In this document: piece by piece, positions 20,521-27,532 of the stretch
Position numbering within the stretch: the stretch's first letter is position 1
How the letters are laid out: every line of letters begins with the position of its first letter
DNA from: Thermoleophilaceae bacterium
GTDB lineage: Bacteria > Actinomycetota > Thermoleophilia > Solirubrobacterales > Thermoleophilaceae
Assembly: GCA_050694635.1 (NCBI GenBank)
Contig: JBOGXT010000821.1
Location: 1-27,532 of the forward strand
Length of the DNA: 27,532 bases
Reading direction: 5' to 3'
Translations under genes and position numbers: made by a program
The notes under the pieces: generated by a model
What the model saw: only the letters and a program-made list of their open reading frames with translations
Databases searched by the model: none
Told to the model about the DNA's origin: nothing

Positions 20521-21773
20521 TCGCGGCCGACGGCCTCCCCGCGAGGGGTGGTCCCGCTGGCGGGGTCACCCCGTAGCGCGCCCGTCTCCGGTGGGCGCAC
20601 CGCCTCGAACTCGCCGGTCTCGACCTCGCGCTCGATCTCGTGCTCGATCTCGCTCTCGCTGAGTGCCGCGATCTCGCCGGTCTCCACCTGGCGCCGCAGC
20701 TCGCGCTCGCGGAAGCGCTTGAACTTGAGGATCTCCAGCACGAGCACGAGGTAGACGCTCGCCGCGAGCGCCACCAGGGCGAAGGCGCCGATCACGATCG
20801 CCCACCCCGCGTTGAGGGTGCCGTCGTCCTCGGAGTAGGGCACGAAGCGCATCGCCAGCGCAAGGGCCGCGAGCGAAAGCGTCCAGCCGTACAGGTAGAG
20901 CACGGTGCGGCGCTGCGAGAACCCGATGTTCGCGAAGCGGTGGTGGAAGTGCCAGCGGTCGGCGGAATAGACCGGGCGGCCGTACTTGATCCGCTTCGCC
21001 ACGACGAAGGTGGCGTCGAGCGCGGGCACGGCCAGGATCAGCAGCGGGAAGAAGAGAGCGACCACGGCTGCGGTCTTCAGCACGCCCTGGATCGCCACGC
21101 AGGCGAGCAGCAGGCCGAGCAGGTTCGAGCCCGCGTCGCCCATGAAGATCGAGGCCGGGTGGAAGTTGTGCCACAGGAACCCCACCGCGGCGCCCGCGGT
21201 CAGGGCCGCGAGCACGCCGGCGGCGTCGCGGTCGAGCGACAGCGCGATGACCGCGAACGTCCCCGCGGCGATCGTGCAGACCCCGGCGGCAAGGCCATCG
21301 GCACCGTCGGTGAAGTTGACGACGTTCATCACGGCCACGATCCCGATCAGCGTCAGCGGGTAGCCCCAGGCGCCCAGGTCGACGGGCTCGATGAACGGCA
21401 GCGTCATGTTCTCCACGCGCACGTCTGACCAGACCGGGATCGCCGCGGCGGCGAACTGGCCGGCGAGCTTGACGAGCGGATGCAGGCCGCCGGGCCGGGT
21501 GTCGTCGACCGCGCCGATCAGCGCGATCGCGACCGCGCCCGCGACTATGCCGCGTGTCTCCTTGCCGGCCGGCAGGAAGAGCAGGGCGGCGACGACCGCG
21601 GCGGCCAGGATCGCGAGGCCGCCGAGCCCGGGAACGGGACGGTCGTGCAGGTCGCGCTCGCGCGGGTAGTGGAGCACGCCGAGCCGGCCGGCGAGCCGCG
21701 CGGTCGGCGGCGTGACGGCGAACGCGACGACGGCGGCGACGAGAAACGCCCAGAGGGCATCGAGCTCGTCCAT
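20517..21773 (-). CDS. MraY/WecA-family undecaprenyl-phosphate GlcNAc-1-phosphate transferase
   Basis: GAVDD, NFTDGADGL, HNFHPASIFMGDAGS, DRWHFHHR; usual position between glyA and atp. TAGGCT-N8-ATG upstream (21787-21782). Confidence 0.92.
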   Translation of the reverse strand: MDELDALWAFLVAAVVAFAVTPPTARLAGRLGVLHYPRERDLHDRPVPGLGGLAILAAAVVAALLFLPAGKETRGIVAGAVAIALIGAVDDTRPGGLHPLVKLAGQFAAAAIPVWSDVRVENMTLPFIEPVDLGAWGYPLTLIGIVAVMNVVNFTDGADGLAAGVCTIAAGTFAVIALSLDRDAAGVLAALTAGAAVGFLWHNFHPASIFMGDAGSNLLGLLLACVAIQGVLKTAAVVALFFPLLILAVPALDATFVVAKRIKYGRPVYSADRWHFHHRFANIGFSQRRTVLYLYGWTLSLAALALAMRFVPYSEDDGTLNAGWAIVIGAFALVALAASVYLVLVLEILKFKRFRERELRRQVETGEIAALSESEIEHEIEREVETGEFEAVRPPETGALRGDPASGTTPRGEAVGRD

Positions 21774-21788
21774 CCTCCGGCAGCCTAC

Positions 21789-22439
21789 TCAGGCGCCCGG
21801 CAGGACAAAGAACGCGACCACGGCGTACTGGAGCGAGGCGGCGGCTATCACCAGCGCGTGGAAGATCTCGTGGTAGCCGAAGACCGCCGGGGCGGGGTCC
21901 GGACGCCCGAGCGCGTAGACGACCGCGCCCGCGGTGTAGAGGACACCGCCGGCCGCCAGCAGCACGGTGCTCGTCACGCCCAAGCCGTCCAGCAGCTCGG
22001 GGAAGGCCACGACGGCCACCCAGCCGAGCATCACGTAGAGCCCGGCCACCACGGCTTTGGGTGCGTCGATCCAGACGAGCTTGAGCACGACGCCGCCGAG
22101 CGCACCCGCCCAGACGACCACCAGGATCAGCGTGGCCAGCGTGCCCTCGAGCACGAGCAGCGCGAACGGCGTGTACGTGCCGGCGATCAGCACGAAGATC
22201 ATCGAGTGGTCGAGCCGCCGCATCCAGCGGCGAGCGCTCGGCGTGGGCCACGTGACCCGGTGGTAGAGCGCGCTGGTGCCGAACAGCGCCGCGACGCTGA
22301 GCGCGTAGATGACGCAAGCCACGGTGGGGCGGCCCGCGGGGGCGGCGATCACCAGCGCGGTGCCGGTCACGAGCGAGCAGAAGAAGGCCCACTGATGCGA
22401 GACGCCGCGGAGGCGAGGCTTCGGGACGGGAATGCTCAC
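21789..22439 (-). CDS. Hemolysin III/PAQR family membrane protein
   Basis: SALYH, RRLDHSMIFVLIAGTYTP, FGYHEIFH. Confidence 0.93.
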   Translation of the reverse strand: MSIPVPKPRLRGVSHQWAFFCSLVTGTALVIAAPAGRPTVACVIYALSVAALFGTSALYHRVTWPTPSARRWMRRLDHSMIFVLIAGTYTPFALLVLEGTLATLILVVVWAGALGGVVLKLVWIDAPKAVVAGLYVMLGWVAVVAFPELLDGLGVTSTVLLAAGGVLYTAGAVVYALGRPDPAPAVFGYHEIFHALVIAAASLQYAVVAFFVLPGA

Positions 22440-23206
22440 GCTGGTGGCTCTTTCAGCTGGTGCGCCGGGGTGAAGAAGCTCCTGTACCCGATCGACACCG
22501 AGATCAACGCCGCCAGAGCCACGCTGCCGAGCAGCACCCAGAGCAGGATCAGCTGCAGGCGGACGGCGTCGATCGGCTCGGCGCCGGCCACCAGCATGCC
22601 GACCATGGTGCCGGGAAAGAACACGATGCCGGTGGTCTTGGTCGAGTCGATCAGCGGGATCATCCCCGACCGCAGGCTACGCGTGACCAGCCCGCGCGCG
22701 GCCTGGCCGGAGGTCGCGCCCAGCGCGAGCATCGCCTCGATCAGCCCCGCCTGGCCGTGGACCTCGTCCGCGAGGCGGTTGAGCGCCACCGCGGCAGCGG
22801 TCATGGAGTTGCCGATCACCATCCCCCCCACCGGCACGAGGTAGCGCGGCTCCGCCACGAAGACGCCGAGCGCCAGGACGAGGCCGAGCGTGATCGCGGC
22901 GGCGGCGCTCAGCGCGAGCACGAGCGGGCCGAGCGCGTCCGGCACCTCCCTCGCCCGCGAGCGCGCGGTGAACGCGCCAAAGCCGACCATCACGGCGAGC
23001 AGGCCGACCACGAGCCAGAGGCTGTCCGAGTCGAAGATCGCCTGGATCACGTAGCCGATCGCCGTGAGCTGCACGAACGAGCGCAGCACCGCGACCGCGA
23101 GGTCCTGCTCGAGCTCCGCGCGCCGCCAGAACGAGACGGCCACCGCCAGCGCCACGAGGGCGACCGAGGCGGCGACCTCGCCGAGCGAGATGTCGACGGT
23201 GCTCAT
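22436..23206 (-). CDS. FetB/YbbM (UPF0014) ABC permease
   Basis: RSFVQLTAIGY, PVGGMVIGNSM, ALGAT, GIVFFPGTMVG. Confidence 0.88.
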   Translation of the reverse strand: MSTVDISLGEVAASVALVALAVAVSFWRRAELEQDLAVAVLRSFVQLTAIGYVIQAIFDSDSLWLVVGLLAVMVGFGAFTARSRAREVPDALGPLVLALSAAAAITLGLVLALGVFVAEPRYLVPVGGMVIGNSMTAAAVALNRLADEVHGQAGLIEAMLALGATSGQAARGLVTRSLRSGMIPLIDSTKTTGIVFFPGTMVGMLVAGAEPIDAVRLQLILLWVLLGSVALAALISVSIGYRSFFTPAHQLKEPPA

Positions 23207-23808
23207 AGCCCCAGCTCAACCACGCGCTCGGCAAGGCGCTCGGCCTGCGCGCGCTCATGGGTGACCAGGACCGTCGAGCAGGGGAGCTGCGCGAGCGTCC
23301 GCTCGACGCCGTCCTTCGCCCGCTCGTCCAGCGCGGCGGTGGGCTCGTCCAGCAGCAGCACCTCGGGGTCGAGCGCCAGCGCCCGGGCGAGCATCACGCG
23401 CTGCTGCTCCCCAACGGAGAGCCGGGTGGAGTCGCGCTCCGCGTACTCGGCATCGAGGCCCGCGAGCTCGAGCGGGCGCAGCGGATCGACCTCCTCGCCG
23501 CGGAGCGCGGGCCCGTAGCGCACGTTGTCGGCCACGCTTCCCGGCAGCGGCGCCGGCAGCTGGGGCACGAGCACCGCGCGGCGCCGCAGCGCGAGCGGGT
23601 CGAGCTCGCGGACGTCGTCGCCGTGAAAGCGCACGCTGCCCTCGTCCGGATCGGCGAGCCGGTTCAGGAGCCGAAGCAGCGTGGACTTGCCCGAGCCGGA
23701 AGGCCCGAGGACCGCGGTGGCCCCGGGCTCGATCGCGAGGCTCAGCGCGCGCAGCACCGGCCGGCCCGCGCGGGCCAGCGAGACGCGCTCCAGCTCGAAG
23801 AGGGTCAG
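23203..23808 (-). CDS. FetA/YbbL-like ABC ATP-binding protein; apparent CTG start overlapping the glyA stop
   Basis: [27 protein letters not shown]. Coding character begins at [10 protein letters not shown] (CTGA overlap). Confidence 0.85.
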   Translation of the reverse strand: MTLFELERVSLARAGRPVLRALSLAIEPGATAVLGPSGSGKSTLLRLLNRLADPDEGSVRFHGDDVRELDPLALRRRAVLVPQLPAPLPGSVADNVRYGPALRGEEVDPLRPLELAGLDAEYAERDSTRLSVGEQQRVMLARALALDPEVLLLDEPTAALDERAKDGVERTLAQLPCSTVLVTHERAQAERLAERVVELGL

Positions 23809-25091
23809 ACGGCCGCCGCGGGGGCGAGTTGGGGGTAGAGCGGGTAGCGCTCCGCGAGGGCGCGGGTGCGCTCCGTCAGCTCCGTCCTCTTGTCGTCGGA
23901 GAAGCCGCCGGTGAGCGCCTCGCCGATCACCCTGCCGATCTCGCGGAAATCGTCGACCCCCAGGCCGCGGGTGGCGAGCGCCGGCGTGCCGATCCGAAGG
24001 CCGGACGACACGGCAGGCGGGCGCGGGTCGAAGGGCACGGCGTTGCGGTTCACCGTGATCCCGATCTCGTCCAGGCGGTCCTCGGCCTGCTGGCCGTCGA
24101 GCTCCGAGTCGCGCAGGTCGGCGAGCACGAGGTGGACGTCGGTGCCGCCGGTGAGGACGTTGACGCCGGCGGCGAGCATCTCCTCCGCCACCACGGCCGC
24201 TCCCTCTCGGGTGCGCTTCTGCCGCTCGCGGAACAGCTCGGTCTGGGCCACCTTGAGCGCCACCGCCTTGCCGGCGATCACGTGCATCAGCGGGCCGCCC
24301 TGGTGTCCGGGGAACACCCGCGAGTTGATCTTCTTGGCGTACTCCTCCTTGCAGAGGATCATGCCGCCGCGCGCGCCGCCGAGTGTCTTGTGCGTCGTGG
24401 TGGTGACCACGTCGCAGTACGGGATCGGGCTGGGGTGCTGCTCGGCCGCAACGAGGCCGGCGAAGTGGGCCATGTCGGCCATCAGGACCGCGCCGACCGA
24501 GTCGGCGATCTCGCGGAAGCGCCGGAAGTCGAGCTGGCGCGGGTAGGCCGACCAGCCGGCGAGGATCATCTTTGGCCGCGAGTCCTCGGCGAGCTGCTGG
24601 AGCTCGTCCATGTCGAGCCGCGAGTCCTCCTCGCGCACACCGTAGGCGACGATGTCGAAGTAGAGCCCGGAGAAGTTGATCTTCATCCCGTGCGTGAGGT
24701 GGCCGCCGTGGTCGAGCTTCATGCCGAGGATGCGGTCGCCCGGCTCGAGCAGCGCCATGTAGACGGCCGAGTTGGCCTGCGCGCCGGAGTGCGGCTGCAC
24801 GTTCACGTGCTCGGCGCCGAAGAGCTCCTTGGCGCGGTCGATGGCGAGCTGCTCGGCGACGTCGACGTGCTCGCACCCGCCGTAGTAGCGCTTGCCCGGG
24901 TAGCCCTCCGCGTACTTGTTGGTGAGCACGGAGCCCTGGCAGTCGAGGACGGCCTGGGGAACGAAGTTCTCGGAGGCGATCATCTCGAGTGTCGACTCCT
25001 GCCGGGCGGCCTCGTTGCGGAGCACGTCGGCGATCTCGGGATCGACGTCGGCGATCGGCTTTGTGAAGTAGTCGGGGCTGAGGTCGCTCAT
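23805..25091 (-). CDS. glyA: Serine hydroxymethyltransferase
   Basis: [42 protein letters not shown]7-ATG (25104-25099) favours start 25091. Confidence 0.98.
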   Translation of the reverse strand: MSDLSPDYFTKPIADVDPEIADVLRNEAARQESTLEMIASENFVPQAVLDCQGSVLTNKYAEGYPGKRYYGGCEHVDVAEQLAIDRAKELFGAEHVNVQPHSGAQANSAVYMALLEPGDRILGMKLDHGGHLTHGMKINFSGLYFDIVAYGVREEDSRLDMDELQQLAEDSRPKMILAGWSAYPRQLDFRRFREIADSVGAVLMADMAHFAGLVAAEQHPSPIPYCDVVTTTTHKTLGGARGGMILCKEEYAKKINSRVFPGHQGGPLMHVIAGKAVALKVAQTELFRERQKRTREGAAVVAEEMLAAGVNVLTGGTDVHLVLADLRDSELDGQQAEDRLDEIGITVNRNAVPFDPRPPAVSSGLRIGTPALATRGLGVDDFREIGRVIGEALTGGFSDDKRTELTERTRALAERYPLYPQLAPAAAV

Positions 25092-25110
25092 CGGGGTCAC
25101 CGTACCATCG

Positions 25111-25722
25111 CTACCCGAGGGCGCTTGCGATCTGCTCGGGCGAGACGGCGCCGGCGCGGACGATCTCGAAGCGGCCGCCCTCGTGGTAGCCGGTCAGGTC
25201 GACGACGGTCGACGGAGTGCCGGGCAGCTCGCCGCCGTCGAGGATGAGGTCGACGCCGGCGCGGATTCGCTGGTCGACATCCTCGATGCGCCGGGCTTCG
25301 GCCTTGCCGGAGGGGTTTGCGCTGGATTGGAGGACGGGCCGGCGCATGTTTGCCAGCGGCGCAAGCGGTCCGGTCAGGTTTGGCACTCTCAGGCCCAGCA
25401 CGTTCCTGTTCGGCTCGCACGCCAGCGGGAAGCGATGCGCTTCGTTGGGCAATAACAGGGTGAGTCCGCCGGGGAGCAGTCGCTCTGTTGCGTTGCGCGT
25501 GCGGGGTGGCAGCTCGGGCAGCGCTTCGAGCGCGAGCTCGGTGCGGAAGAACATGACCGCGGCGGGCCGGTCGGGGCGGCGGCCCTTCAGTCGGTAGAGG
25601 CGGTCGATCCCGTCCCGCGACTCGGGGTCGGTGGCGAGCCCATACACGGTGTCGGCCGGGAAGAGGGCCACGCCGCCCGCCGCGATGCAGCGCTCGAACG
25701 TCGCCACCTCCTCCCCCGTCAC
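25111..25722 (-). CDS. tsaC: L-threonylcarbamoyladenylate synthase (YrdC/Sua5, short form)
   Basis: [26 protein letters not shown]; follows prmC. Start GTG 25722 or ATG 25737. Confidence 0.9.
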   Translation of the reverse strand: MTGEEVATFERCIAAGGVALFPADTVYGLATDPESRDGIDRLYRLKGRRPDRPAAVMFFRTELALEALPELPPRTRNATERLLPGGLTLLLPNEAHRFPLACEPNRNVLGLRVPNLTGPLAPLANMRRPVLQSSANPSGKAEARRIEDVDQRIRAGVDLILDGGELPGTPSTVVDLTGYHEGGRFEIVRAGAVSPEQIASALG

Positions 25723-25737
25723 CTCGGTGCCTCGCAT

Positions 25738-25780
25738 GCCATCTGGGTTGACCGCGATATGCGCGGCAAAGCCAGATAGC
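25738..25780. repeat. 43-bp imperfect palindrome (REP-like) between prmC and tsaC
   Basis: 19-nt arms GCCATCTGGGTTGACCGCG / CGCGGCAAAGCCAGATAGC (15 of 19 complementary), loop ATATG. Confidence 0.6.
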
Positions 25781-25798
25781 GTGAGGGTGGGGTACCGA

Positions 25799-26605
25799 TC
25801 ATTGGGCGATTCCGATGGTGACGCGCTCGCGGCCGGCGAGGTCGGGGAGGGTGCGGCCGTCGGACAGGAGTGCACGGACCGCGGCTGCTTGCGCGGGTCC
25901 GTGCTCGAGCGCCAGCCGCGTGCCGGTCGGGGCCGCGGCGCAGAGGTCGCGGATCGCGTCGAGGCCGTCCGGACCCGACACGAGCGCCTCGCGCGGCTCG
26001 TAGCGCCGGATCTCCGGCGCCAGACCGTCCCATTCTTGCTCGCGCACGTAGGGCAGGTTGGCAACCACGAGGTCGAAACCCATCCCGTGGCTGCCCAGCG
26101 GCAATCCGCGGTGCCGCGACACGTCGAGGTGCAACCCGAGCCGCGCCGCATTGGCCCGCGCCACCTCGACGGCCGCGGGCGAGGCGTCGGACGCGCTCAC
26201 GACCAGGTCCGGCCGCTCGTCCAGCAGCGCGAGCGCGACCGCGCCCGACCCGGTGCCCACGTCGTGCACGCGCGCGCCGGACGGCAGCTCCAGCGCCACC
26301 TCCACCAGCAGCTCCGTCTCGGGCCGCGGTATCAGCACCCGAGAGTCCACGAGAACCTCGATCCGCCGGAAGCCGCGCCACCCGAGGATGTAGGCCACGG
26401 GCTCGCGCGCCACGCGCCGCCGCACACGCTCACCGATGACCCGCGCCTGGGCTCCGGTTATCGCCCGATCGGGCGAGGCATGGAGAGAGGCGCGATCGGC
26501 GCCGAGCGCATCGGCGATCAAGACCTCCGCGTCGAGCCGCGGCGTGTCGGAGCCGGCGGCGGCCAGCGCGGCGACCGCGGCATCGAGCGCGTCGCGGACG
26601 ATCAA
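25799..26605 (-). CDS. prmC: Release factor glutamine methyltransferase
   Basis: [40 protein letters not shown] overlap with prfA. Confidence 0.96.
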   Translation of the reverse strand: MIVRDALDAAVAALAAAGSDTPRLDAEVLIADALGADRASLHASPDRAITGAQARVIGERVRRRVAREPVAYILGWRGFRRIEVLVDSRVLIPRPETELLVEVALELPSGARVHDVGTGSGAVALALLDERPDLVVSASDASPAAVEVARANAARLGLHLDVSRHRGLPLGSHGMGFDLVVANLPYVREQEWDGLAPEIRRYEPREALVSGPDGLDAIRDLCAAAPTGTRLALEHGPAQAAAVRALLSDGRTLPDLAGRERVTIGIAQ

Positions 26606-27531
26606 GCGGCCACGAGCTGGCGCCGCTTCTCCTCCGCCTCCAACGCGGCCGTGAAGTGGTCCAGCTCGCCGTTCAGGATCCCGGGGAGGTTGCCCTTCGT
26701 GAGCCCGATGCGGTGATCGGTGACGCGGTCCTGCGGGAAGTTGTAGGTCCTGATCTTCTCGGCCCGCTCGCCCGTGCCGACCTGCGCCAGCCGCGCCGCC
26801 GCCACCTCCGCCTGCTGCGCCGCCAGCTCGCGCTCGAGCAGCCGGGCGCGCAGCACGCGCATCGCCTTCTCGCGGTTCTGGAGCTGCGACTTCTCGTCCT
26901 GCATCGATACCACCAGCCCCGTCGGCTTGTGTGTGATGCGGACGGCGGAGTCGGTCGTGTTGACCGACTGGCCGCCGGGACCGGAGGAGCGGTAGACGTC
27001 GATCTGGAGGTCGTTCGGGTCCACCCGCACGTCAACCTCCTCCGCCGCCGGCAGCACCGCCACCGTGGCTGTCGACGTGTGGATGCGACCCTGCGACTCC
27101 GTCTCCGGCACCCGCTGCACCCGGTGCGTGCCGCCCTCGTACTTGAAGACGCTGTAGGCGCCGCGGCCCTTCACCGCGAAGGTGTAGTGGCCGTCGCCCA
27201 CCTCGAGCGGCTCCGTCCGGAAGCCGCGCCGCTCGGCGTAGCGGCTGAGCATCCTGTAGAGGTCGCCCGCGAACAGGCCCGCCTCCTCCCCGCCCGTGCC
27301 GGGCCGGACCTCGACGATCACGTCCTTCTCGTCGTTGGGATCGGGCTCGACCATCGCGAGGCGGATCTCCTCCTCGAGCTCGCTGAGCCGCTCCTCGGAG
27401 CTGCGCAGCAGCTCGCGCAGCTCGGGGTCGTCGCCATCCTCGGCGAGCAGCTCGCGCGCGCCGGCGGCGTCGTCGGTGGCGCGGCGCCAGTCGAGCGCGA
27501 GCGCGTGGGCGGGCTCGAGCTGACGGTAGGC
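26602..27531 (-). CDS. prfA: Peptide chain release factor 1, 5' end outside window
   Basis: [17 protein letters not shown] (PxT), [17 protein letters not shown]; frame open to the window edge. Confidence 0.98.
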   Translation of the reverse strand, partial: AYRQLEPAHALALDWRRATDDAAGARELLAEDGDDPELRELLRSSEERLSELEEEIRLAMVEPDPNDEKDVIVEVRPGTGGEEAGLFAGDLYRMLSRYAERRGFRTEPLEVGDGHYTFAVKGRGAYSVFKYEGGTHRVQRVPETESQGRIHTSTATVAVLPAAEEVDVRVDPNDLQIDVYRSSGPGGQSVNTTDSAVRITHKPTGLVVSMQDEKSQLQNREKAMRVLRARLLERELAAQQAEVAAARLAQVGTGERAEKIRTYNFPQDRVTDHRIGLTKGNLPGILNGELDHFTAALEAEEKRRQLVAA

Positions 27532-27532
27532 G

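Noticed and set aside
23203..24876. 557-aa ORF as a long ABC protein
   Set aside because: The upstream part is an Arg/Pro-rich alternative frame of glyA; ABC similarity starts at about 23808.
25111..26151. 346-aa extended Sua5 ORF
   Set aside because: The N-terminal part overlaps prmC in another frame; the YrdC domain begins at about 25722.

Overview
High-GC actinobacterial chromosome segment; gene order and protein style suggest Thermoleophilia/Solirubrobacterales (inference). The minus strand carries the conserved backbone prfA-prmC-tsaC(sua5)-glyA-[FetA/FetB-like ABC pair, hemolysin-III]-wecA-like GT ... atpI-B-E-F-H-A-G-D-C, followed by a methyltransferase, an APC permease and a VOC protein. 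At the left end an AidB-like acyl-CoA dehydrogenase, a crotonase and a secreted EEP-family enzyme converge on it. About 7 kb of extra genes separate wecA from the atp operon: an Rv2578c-type radical SAM gene with a LexA box, yjbQ, two tandem GGDEF/HD-GYP paralogues, an ATPase-wHTH-nuclease-like gene, a PH-domain membrane protein and gene remnants (GH26-like, cyclase-like). Most notable: (i) the two GGDEF/HD-GYP paralogues show reciprocal loss of catalytic motifs and different promoter types (sigma-A-like vs sigma-28/WhiG-like); (ii) four otherwise intact-looking genes lack a canonical start codon where the protein should begin; (iii) a perfect GTCAC-N6-GTCAC repeat and a Pro-rich uORF precede the atp operon; (iv) many leaderless-type promoters. 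No rRNA, tRNA, CRISPR or transposase was recognised. All calls come from reading the sequence; no searches were run.
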